Shown here piece after piece: positions 24,995 to 32,000 of a stretch of 32,000 bases of DNA (position 1 is its first letter; the number at the start of each line of letters is the position of its first letter). This DNA comes from Lachnospiraceae bacterium (GTDB lineage: Bacteria > Bacillota > Clostridia > Lachnospirales > Lachnospiraceae). A program made the translations under genes and the position numbers. The DNA lies in the NCBI GenBank assembly GCA_016294075.1, contig JAEDCQ010000002.1, forward strand, positions 4,933-36,932, in the 5' to 3' direction. Under the pieces are notes generated by a model, which saw nothing but the letters and a program-made list of their open reading frames with translations, made no database searches and was not told the DNA's origin.

Positions 24995-26551
24995 ATGTCT
25001 TATACGGCCCTTTACAGAAAATTCCGTCCTGAAAATTTTAAAGATGTAAAGGGACAGGATCATATTGTTACAACACTTAAAAATCAAATAGAGGCAGAAC
25101 GTATCGGACATGCTTATTTATTTTGCGGAACCCGCGGAACAGGTAAAACCACGATAGCAAAACTATTTGCTAAGACAGTAAACTGTGAAAATCCGACAGA
25201 TGGCAATCCGTGCGGAGAATGCAGCTCGTGTAAAGCGATTGCGGCGGGAGCCAGCATGAATGTAATGGAAATTGATGCTGCTTCCAATAACGGTGTGGAA
25301 AATATCCGAGAAATTATTTCGGATGTATCCTACTCACCCGCAAACGGAAAGTATAAGGTCTATATTATTGATGAGGTTCATATGCTTTCTATCGGAGCGT
25401 TCAATGCGTTGTTAAAGACACTGGAGGAGCCTCCGTCTTATTGTATCTTCATATTGGCAACGACAGAAGTGCATAAGATTCCGATTACGATTCTATCACG
25501 CTGCCAGCGATATGATTTTAAAAGAATTACGATTGATACCATCACAGACCGCCTGAGCGAGCTGATGGAAGAGGAGCAGGTAGAGGTGGAAGAAAAGGCC
25601 CTTCGTTATGTTGCTAAAACAGCGGACGGCTCCATGCGAGATGCTTTGAGCCTTTTAGACCAGTGTATTGCATTCCATTTTGGACAGAAGCTGACCTATG
25701 ATATGGTATTGGATGTCCTCGGAGCGGTGGATACTGTTGTTTTCAGCAGATTACTTCGGCAGATTCTGGACAGGAATGTTTTGGGATGTATAGAGCTGTT
25801 GGAAGAGATTGTCATGCAGGGGCGTGAACTGGCACAGTTTGTTTCGGATTTTACATGGTATCTGCGAAACCTTCTTATTGTCAAAACAACGGATGATGCG
25901 GAGGATGTTCTGGATGTCTCTACAGACAATAAAAAACGTTTGATGGAAGAAGCTGATATGACGGATGCAGAAAGCATTATACGTTTTATCCGTATCTTTT
26001 CGGAGCTTTCAGGTAATATTCGTTATGCCGGACAAAAACGCATCATGATAGAAATTGCACTGATTAAATTATGCAAACCTCAGATGGAAATTGAGATGGA
26101 TTCGTTATTGGACCGAATCAGGGCACTGGAAGAAAAAATGGAAAAAGGCATTCCGGCTGTAATACCGTCACAGACAGTCATTCCACAGGAAAAACCTGCC
26201 GGGCAGGTAAAAAAGGAGTTGCCGAAGGCTCTTCCGGAGGAAATAAAGGAAATAGTCGGCAAGTGGCCTGCAATCGTTGCGACAGCAGAAAATCTTCTTA
26301 AAAATCAGTTAAAGCATGCAAAACTATCACTTTCGACAGACGACAGGCTGCTTTTGGTTGTAGAAGAGGGGGTCAGCTCTGATTATTTTTCTTTGGAAGG
26401 GAAAAAGGAAGAGGTGGAAAAGCTGATTTCCGATTTTATGCAGAAAAAGGTGGAAATTACGATACAGAGCATTTCCCCCGAACGTGATTTCTCAGACGAG
26501 TATGTAGATTTATCACAATTTATTATGACAGATATTGAAATAGAAGGCTGA
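24995..26551 (+). CDS. dnaX: DNA polymerase III subunit tau (gamma/tau)
   Basis: Walker A GTRGTGKTT, zinc module CENPTDGNPCGECSSC, DEVHML, SRC motif (LSRCQRY). Confidence 0.95.
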   Translation: MSYTALYRKFRPENFKDVKGQDHIVTTLKNQIEAERIGHAYLFCGTRGTGKTTIAKLFAKTVNCENPTDGNPCGECSSCKAIAAGASMNVMEIDAASNNGVENIREIISDVSYSPANGKYKVYIIDEVHMLSIGAFNALLKTLEEPPSYCIFILATTEVHKIPITILSRCQRYDFKRITIDTITDRLSELMEEEQVEVEEKALRYVAKTADGSMRDALSLLDQCIAFHFGQKLTYDMVLDVLGAVDTVVFSRLLRQILDRNVLGCIELLEEIVMQGRELAQFVSDFTWYLRNLLIVKTTDDAEDVLDVSTDNKKRLMEEADMTDAESIIRFIRIFSELSGNIRYAGQKRIMIEIALIKLCKPQMEIEMDSLLDRIRALEEKMEKGIPAVIPSQTVIPQEKPAGQVKKELPKALPEEIKEIVGKWPAIVATAENLLKNQLKHAKLSLSTDDRLLLVVEEGVSSDYFSLEGKKEEVEKLISDFMQKKVEITIQSISPERDFSDEYVDLSQFIMTDIEIEG

Positions 26552-26605
26552 TAGGAAAAGCAGGAGGCTGTTTCCTGTCAGCATTAAAAGAAAGGAGCTA
26601 TAAGT

Positions 26606-26956
26606 ATGGCAAAAAGAGGTGGATTTCCGGGTGGCGGAATGGGTATGCCCGGAAACATGAATAATCTGATGAAGCAGGCACAGCGTATGCAGCGCCAGAT
26701 GGAGGAGAGCCAGAAGGAACTGGAAACAAAGGAATTTACGGCAAAAGCCGGCGGGGGCGCTGTTGAAGTGATGGTATCCGGTAAAAAGGAAATTGTAAAA
26801 GTAGTGCTTTCACAAGATGTAGTAGATCCGGATGATGTAGAAATGCTGCAGGACTTGATCGTAGCAGCAACAAATGAAGCACTCCGCATGGCAGACGAGG
26901 CATCTGCAAATATGATGAATAAGATGACAGGTGGTCTTGGAGGGTTAACGTTCTGA
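26606..26956 (+). CDS. ybaB: Nucleoid-associated protein YbaB/EbfC
   Basis: 116 aa with [13 protein letters not shown].. and GGGAVEV.. motifs. It sits in the dnaX-ybaB-recR synteny. RBS AAAGGAG. Confidence 0.9.
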   Translation: MAKRGGFPGGGMGMPGNMNNLMKQAQRMQRQMEESQKELETKEFTAKAGGGAVEVMVSGKKEIVKVVLSQDVVDPDDVEMLQDLIVAATNEALRMADEASANMMNKMTGGLGGLTF

Positions 26957-27555
26957 TGGAACTCTACAGCGGACCTATTAATAATTTAATCAGTGAGCTT
27001 GCTGCCCTTCCGGGAATAGGTGAAAAATCAGCACAGCGGCTGGCATTTCATTTGATTAATATGCCGCCTTCGAAGGTAGACCGGCTGGCGAATGTTATTG
27101 TAGAGGCAAAGCATAAGGTACGTTACTGCAAAGAGTGTTATACATTAACAGATGATGAAATATGTCCGGTATGTGCAAATGAGAAAAGGGACCATTCCCT
27201 GATTATGGTTGTGGAAAATCCAAGAGATCTCGCTGCATATGAAAAAACCGGAAAATATCAGGGGGTCTATCATGTATTACATGGAGCGATTTCACCGATG
27301 ATAGGAATCGGACCGAATGATATAAAGCTGAAAGAACTTCTTGAGCGCATTAAAAATGCAGATGTAAAAGAAGTAATCATTGCTACCAATTCCAGCTTAG
27401 AAGGGGAAACGACTGCAATGTATATCAGTAAGCTGGTGAAGCCTCTGGGAGTATTGGTGACGAGGATTGCAAGCGGTGTACCGGTTGGCGGTGATTTGGA
27501 ATGTATTGATGAGGTAACGCTGCTGCGTGCTTTGGAAGGCAGAACGGAATTATAA
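26956..27555 (+). CDS. recR: Recombination protein RecR
   Basis: [16 protein letters not shown] helix-hairpin-helix, zinc finger CKECYTL..CPVC, and a Toprim region. The ATG overlaps the ybaB stop (TGATG). Confidence 0.95.
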   Translation: MELYSGPINNLISELAALPGIGEKSAQRLAFHLINMPPSKVDRLANVIVEAKHKVRYCKECYTLTDDEICPVCANEKRDHSLIMVVENPRDLAAYEKTGKYQGVYHVLHGAISPMIGIGPNDIKLKELLERIKNADVKEVIIATNSSLEGETTAMYISKLVKPLGVLVTRIASGVPVGGDLECIDEVTLLRALEGRTEL

Positions 27556-27577
27556 TAAAACATGAGAGGGTATAGGA

Positions 27578-28615
27578 ATGAAAAAAGAGCTTTATGGAAA
27601 AACAACTGACGGAAAGGATGTTTTTCAGTATACGGTAACAAATAAAAACGGAATGGAAATGACGGTAATGGATTTCGGAGCAATTTTATTAAATGTAATT
27701 GTTCCGGATAAAAACGGCGCTAAGAAGGATGTTGTTTTAGCCTGTGACAGTATGGAAACATACCGGGTAAACGGCTGTTATTTTGGTTCTACCATTGCAC
27801 CGAGTGCAAACCGTATTGCAGATGCGGAAGTAACAATTGATGGCATCCGCTATCAATTGGATGTAAACGATAACGAAAATAACCTGCATACAAATTTCCC
27901 GAATGGTATGAATAAGCGTATCTGGAATGCGGAAGAAACAGAAAACGGCGTACGTTTTACATTTGTATTAGACGATATGGAATATAATCTTCCGGGCAGA
28001 AGAGAACTTGCGGTAACTTACACATTGACGGATGATAATGAGATATGTATTGATTATGAGGGTGACAGTGATAAAAATACGGTAATCAATCCGACAAACC
28101 ATACCTATTTTAATCTCGATGGACATACCTCAAATAATATTTTAAATCAGAAGCTGTTACTTCATGCGTCAAATTATACACCGGTAAGAGCAGGCTCCAT
28201 TCCTACAGGGGAAATTGCGTCTGTTAAGGGTACACCGTTTGATTTTACCGAGTGGAAGACCATTGGTGAGGAAATAGATGAAGATGTCGAGCAACTTAAA
28301 CTTACTGGTGGATATGACCATAATTTTGTTGTCGATAATTATGACGGAACGGTAAAGGAAATTGCACAGGCAAGGTCTGAAGAAACGGGAATTGTGCTGA
28401 CTGTATTGTCAGATTTGCCGGGCGTTCAGTTTTATGCAGGCAATTACATTAACGGAGAAAAGGGAAAAGAGGAAATGGTATATGGAAAACGTTCAGGCTT
28501 TTGTCTGGAGACCCAGTATTATCCTGATTCTGTACATCATGCAAATTTCCCTTCTGTTATTTTTGGGCCGGAGCGTCCATTCCGCTCCACAACGATATTT
28601 AAATTTGGAGTATAA
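27578..28615 (+). CDS. galM: Aldose 1-epimerase (mutarotase)
   Basis: NNLHTNF, TNHTYFNL, GYDHNF and CLETQ motifs typical of the GalM family. Confidence 0.85.
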   Translation: MKKELYGKTTDGKDVFQYTVTNKNGMEMTVMDFGAILLNVIVPDKNGAKKDVVLACDSMETYRVNGCYFGSTIAPSANRIADAEVTIDGIRYQLDVNDNENNLHTNFPNGMNKRIWNAEETENGVRFTFVLDDMEYNLPGRRELAVTYTLTDDNEICIDYEGDSDKNTVINPTNHTYFNLDGHTSNNILNQKLLLHASNYTPVRAGSIPTGEIASVKGTPFDFTEWKTIGEEIDEDVEQLKLTGGYDHNFVVDNYDGTVKEIAQARSEETGIVLTVLSDLPGVQFYAGNYINGEKGKEEMVYGKRSGFCLETQYYPDSVHHANFPSVIFGPERPFRSTTIFKFGV

Positions 28616-28617
28616 GA

Positions 28618-29805
28618 ATGGCAAACAGAAGTAATTTTCGCGTGATTCGCGGAAAAGCAGAGGCAGAGGCCAATCTGACCAGAAAGATTAGAGCACACCG
28701 CATTCGTTCTTTTTTGCGGACAGTGCTTATATTGGCAGCAGTTGTCGGATTGTCCGTGCTTCTTATTACACAATATAAAAACCAGGTATTCTCCGGATAT
28801 GTGGTTTCCGTACAGTCGGAAATGACTCCATTGGAGAATACCTCTTATATGGAAAATAACGGTGCGGTGATACGATATAGTAAAGATGGTATCAGCAACA
28901 TGAATGCAAAGGGAGAAGTTGTCTGGAATTTAACATACGAAATGCAGTCTCCCATTGTAAAAACCGCAGATGGTTTTACCGCTGTAGGTGACTATAACGG
29001 ACATATTATTTATCTGGTAGACAGCAAAGGAACTACCTATGAAGTGGATACAAGACTGCCACTGCGTAATTTTGCGGTTTCTTCGGCAGGCGTGTTAGCT
29101 GTTATTTTAGAAGACTCCGGAAATTCATGGATTAATGTTTTTAACAAAGAAGGGGAACAAATTGTTGAAGCTAAAGCAACCATGTCCAAAACGGGGTATC
29201 CGATGTCTGTATCTCTATCCGGTGAGGTAATGGGTGTATCCTATTTCTATGTAGATGGCAATACTATGAGAAGCAGCGTGACATTTTATAATTTCGGCGG
29301 GATAGGAGAAAATACCACGGACCATATCGTCAGCAGCTATGATTATGCGGATGCGGTAGTACCGATGATTGAGTTTATGGATGCAGAGACAGCGTTTGCT
29401 GTTGCAGATAACAGATTGATGTTTTTCTCAGGTTCAAAAAAACCGGTAGGAAATGCAGATATCTTATTAGAAGAAGAAATTCAGGGAGTATATTATAGTA
29501 ACAGTCATGTGGGATTGTTATTTTATGACCAGACCGGTAAAAATAAATATCAATTGGATATTTATGACAACAATGGTAAGAAGGTTATGAGCTATCCTTT
29601 CGATATGGACTTTAAAGACATTTTGATACGAAATAACCAGATTATGATTTATAATGAATCCCAATGCCAGATAGTCGGATTAAATGAGAAATTGAAATAT
29701 ACAGGTACATTTGAAAACAAGGTGCACTTTGTTGCTGCAACAGATTCACCCAGAAAATATATTTTGATATTGGACAACGGACTGGCGACAATGGAATTTA
29801 ACTAG
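28618..29805 (+). CDS. Membrane-anchored, beta-rich protein of unknown function (possibly DUF5711-like)
   Basis: 395 aa. Basic N-terminus, a single TM (TVLILAAVVGLSVLLI), then a long region of repetitive beta-strand-like character. The ATG is 2 nt after the galM stop. The family name comes from memory only. Confidence 0.55.
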   Translation: MANRSNFRVIRGKAEAEANLTRKIRAHRIRSFLRTVLILAAVVGLSVLLITQYKNQVFSGYVVSVQSEMTPLENTSYMENNGAVIRYSKDGISNMNAKGEVVWNLTYEMQSPIVKTADGFTAVGDYNGHIIYLVDSKGTTYEVDTRLPLRNFAVSSAGVLAVILEDSGNSWINVFNKEGEQIVEAKATMSKTGYPMSVSLSGEVMGVSYFYVDGNTMRSSVTFYNFGGIGENTTDHIVSSYDYADAVVPMIEFMDAETAFAVADNRLMFFSGSKKPVGNADILLEEEIQGVYYSNSHVGLLFYDQTGKNKYQLDIYDNNGKKVMSYPFDMDFKDILIRNNQIMIYNESQCQIVGLNEKLKYTGTFENKVHFVAATDSPRKYILILDNGLATMEFN

Positions 29806-29832
29806 AATGCAGAACGGAGCAGCAATATAACA

Positions 29833-30291
29833 GTGAACTTGACATTAATAGTAGTATTATTATTAACAATTTATATGATGATAAAGGGATACCGGAAAGG
29901 ATTTACAAAGGAATTATCCGGTCTGGTTGCACTTATCGCGGCATTTTTTGTTCTGGCGCTGGCAATTATGCTGTTTTCCAGTTTCTCTCAGGGCGAAGTT
30001 ACCAATACAGTGTATTCGGTTATATTGCTGGTTTTATCTGGAGCAGTATATGGGGTTATAAAATTACTTCTTCGGTCTGCAAAGGCGATAACGACACTTC
30101 CCTTTTTACATTTTCTGGATCAATTGCTCGGAGTTGCGGCAGGGTTTGGGAAATCTGTACTGATAGTGTGGATACTTTTTCTGCTTTGTGCGAATAATTA
30201 TCTCGGAACAATTACCGAATATATAAGGGCCGATATTGCCGGAAGCGCAATTTTAAAGCTTTTATATCAGTACAATTTCTTCATTTCCTGA
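29833..30291 (+). CDS. CvpA-family membrane protein
   Basis: About 152 aa with 4 TM segments. The N-terminal pattern LLLTIYMMIKGYRKGFTKELSGLVALIAAF is typical of CvpA. GTG start, exact start uncertain. Confidence 0.6.
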   Translation: MNLTLIVVLLLTIYMMIKGYRKGFTKELSGLVALIAAFFVLALAIMLFSSFSQGEVTNTVYSVILLVLSGAVYGVIKLLLRSAKAITTLPFLHFLDQLLGVAAGFGKSVLIVWILFLLCANNYLGTITEYIRADIAGSAILKLLYQYNFFIS

Positions 30292-30330
30292 AGTGAATCC
30301 ATAAAAATACAAAAAAAATCAAAAAAAGGC

Positions 30331-30359
30331 TTGCAAAAGTTATAACAATTTAGTATTAT
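30331..30359 (+). promoter_or_regulatory. Sigma-A-like promoter of tRNA-Gln with upstream A-tract
   Basis: TTGCAA (30331-30336), 17 nt spacer, TATTAT (30354-30359). An A-rich UP-like tract lies at 30301-30328. Confidence 0.6.
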
Positions 30360-30397
30360 ATGCAAGTGCCAATCAGTAAGATATGGCAATTGCATAT

Positions 30398-30469
30398 AGG
30401 GCTATCGCCAAACGGTAAGGCAACGGACTCTGACTCCGTCATTTCAAGGTTCGAATCCTTGTAGCCCTG
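30398..30469 (+). tRNA. tRNA-Gln (anticodon CUG)
   Basis: Hand-folded cloverleaf. The acceptor stem is AGGGCTA/TAGCCCT. The anticodon stem is ACGGA/TCCGT with loop CT-CTG-AC. The T arm is CAAGG-TTCGAAT-CCTTG and the discriminator is G. No CCA is encoded. Confidence 0.85.
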
Positions 30470-30474
30470 TTATT

Positions 30475-30503
30475 AACCACGAGTTGCGGCTCGTGGTTTT
30501 TTC
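30475..30503 (+). terminator. Rho-independent terminator after tRNA-Gln
   Basis: AACCACGAG (30475-30483) pairs with CTCGTGGTT (30490-30498), followed by TTTTC. Confidence 0.75.
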
Positions 30504-30569
30504 TTTATTGGGAAACCTTGCGTGCGCAATAACGGATTGGCAGAATATTGCCGGATTAGGAGCATATGG

Positions 30570-31295
30570 ATGTACACATATAATACTCGAATCGGTTTCA
30601 GTCAGGTTGACACAAACCGGATAATAAAAATGGAAGCATTGATAGCCCTGATGCAGGATGCGACCTGCTTTCAGGGAGAAGAATTGGGAGTAGGATTTGA
30701 ATATCTGGAACCGAAAAAACGTGCGTGGATATTAAATGCATGGCAGATTGATATAAAAAGGTATCCTGTTTTTAATGAAAAGGTTACGGTTGGAACATTC
30801 CCTACTTCTTTCAAAAGCTTTATCGGAAACCGTAATTTTATTATAAAAGATGAAAACGGGGATGCAATTGTAATGGCAAATTCCATCTGGACCTTTATGG
30901 ATATGGAAAAAATGAGACCTGCAAAAGTCGAAGACGATTTTATAAAAGTTTATACGATGGAAGAGCCGCTGCCGATGGATTATTCTGCACGGAAAATAAT
31001 GATTCCTAAGGAGCAGGACTTTAAAGTTACAAAAAAAGAGGCACTAACAGTAAGAGAATACCATCTGGACAGCAATATGCATGTAAATAACGGTCAGTAT
31101 GTACAGATTGCGGATGCCTTTTTGCCGGGCGCTATACGGTATGACAGGCTGCGTGTGGAATATCGTAAGCAGGCAAGATTGGGAGATATCATTATTCCGA
31201 TAATATATGAGAGAGAAAATACCTGTATTGTTGCGTTGTGTGATGAGAAGGAAAGCCCGTATGCAGTAATTGAGGCATGTATTCATACAGTATAG
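30570..31295 (+). CDS. Acyl-ACP thioesterase
   Basis: Double hot-dog pattern (MYTYNTRIGFSQVD..., second half REYHLDSNMHVNNGQY). RBS AGGAG at 30557-30561. The ATG at 30570 is preferred over the track start. Confidence 0.85.
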   Translation: MYTYNTRIGFSQVDTNRIIKMEALIALMQDATCFQGEELGVGFEYLEPKKRAWILNAWQIDIKRYPVFNEKVTVGTFPTSFKSFIGNRNFIIKDENGDAIVMANSIWTFMDMEKMRPAKVEDDFIKVYTMEEPLPMDYSARKIMIPKEQDFKVTKKEALTVREYHLDSNMHVNNGQYVQIADAFLPGAIRYDRLRVEYRKQARLGDIIIPIIYERENTCIVALCDEKESPYAVIEACIHTV

Positions 31296-31329
31296 AGGCA
31301 ATGCTTTTTTGAAAGAGGGAATAGAATAA

Positions 31330-32000
31330 ATGTTAAGATTAGGTGAAAAACAGACGCTTGAAATTGTAAAGGAAGTAGATTTTGGAGTATATCTTGCGGA
31401 AAGCAAAGAAACGGCGGAAAAAGAAAAGGTTCTTCTTCCTTCAAAACAGGTACCTGAAGGGGCAAAAAAAGGTGATAGGATAGAAGTCTTCTTATATAAG
31501 GATTCCAAGGACCGTTTTATAGCAACGGTAAATGAACCGAAGCTGTATCTGGGGCAGATGGCAGTATTGCAGGTAGTTCAGATTAACCGTGTCGGAGCAT
31601 TCCTGGATTGGGGATTGGAAAAAGACTTATTTTTGCCCTATAAAGAACAGACGAAGCCTTTAAACACGGGTGACGAGTGTATCGTTGCTCTTTACATTGA
31701 TAAAAGCAGCCGTCTTTGTGCAACGATGAAGGTATATCCGTATCTGCGCAAAGACAGTCCATATCAGAAGGATGACAGGGTAACAGGCATTATTTATGAA
31801 ATCAGTCCGAACTTTGGAGCATTTGTTGCAGTTGATTCGTGCTACAGTGCTTTGATTCCCAAAAAGGAGATGACAAAGGAGCTCAATGTCGGAGATAAAG
31901 TATCGGCAAGAGTAGCCGGCAGAAAAGAAGATGGAAAACTGGATTTAAGTCTTCGTGAAAAAGCATATATTCAGATAAACATAGACGCGGAAAAAGTAAT
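31330..32000 (+). CDS. cvfB: CvfB/YitL-family S1-like RNA-binding protein, 5' part (runs off window)
   Basis: I translated this frame by hand and it stays open to the window end: MLRLGEKQTLEIVKEVDFGVYLAE...GAFLDWGLEKDLFLPYKEQ... These are repeated S1-like modules, as in YitL. RBS GAGGGAA. Confidence 0.75.
   Translation, partial: MLRLGEKQTLEIVKEVDFGVYLAESKETAEKEKVLLPSKQVPEGAKKGDRIEVFLYKDSKDRFIATVNEPKLYLGQMAVLQVVQINRVGAFLDWGLEKDLFLPYKEQTKPLNTGDECIVALYIDKSSRLCATMKVYPYLRKDSPYQKDDRVTGIIYEISPNFGAFVAVDSCYSALIPKKEMTKELNVGDKVSARVAGRKEDGKLDLSLREKAYIQINIDAEKV

Noticed and set aside
30292-30520. The tRNA-Gln locus as a possible integration hotspot or genomic-island border.
   Set aside because: There is no integrase, no direct repeat of the tRNA 3' end and no foreign-looking genes on either side. 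The tRNA has its own promoter and terminator and is flanked by ordinary metabolic and envelope genes.

Overview
This window looks like an AT-rich Firmicutes/Clostridia-type chromosomal core region, and almost all of it is housekeeping. I call 33 CDS (30 on the + strand), one SRP RNA, one tRNA-Gln(CUG), one decayed glycoside-hydrolase pseudogene, and several sigma-A-like promoters and rho-independent terminators. Two conserved Firmicute blocks are recognisable. The first is holB-yaaT-yabB-rsmI at the left end. The second is tadA-SRP RNA-[insert]-dnaX-ybaB-recR at 21.4-27.6 kb. Between and around them lie a polar amino-acid ABC transporter, spmA/spmB, nfo, rpe-metG, an orphan MsmK-type ATPase, a Cache-GGDEF cyclase, a PucR-type regulator, pfkA, galM, an acyl-ACP thioesterase and cvfB. 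I saw no transposase, integrase, CRISPR array, toxin-antitoxin pair or recognisable multi-gene defence island, and I cannot support a novel multi-gene system here. The most unusual thing I can read from the sequence is that the lipoprotein substrate-binding protein of the amino-acid ABC operon (3246-4043) is a natural circular permutant of the SBP_bac_3 fold. Lesser oddities are listed below:
- spmA and spmB are convergent, and spmB is joined to nfo.
- An orphan membrane-anchored Mrr_cat nuclease-like gene sits alone.
- A frameshifted, nonsense-bearing GH3 relic lies inside the tadA-ffs-dnaX cluster.
- An in-frame A AAA AAG heptamer occurs in the dnaX linker.
- The PFK has non-canonical active-site motifs.
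- An uncharacterised acidic-linker protein lies upstream of tadA.
All homology statements come from my own reading of motifs and remembered reference sequences, not from database searches.
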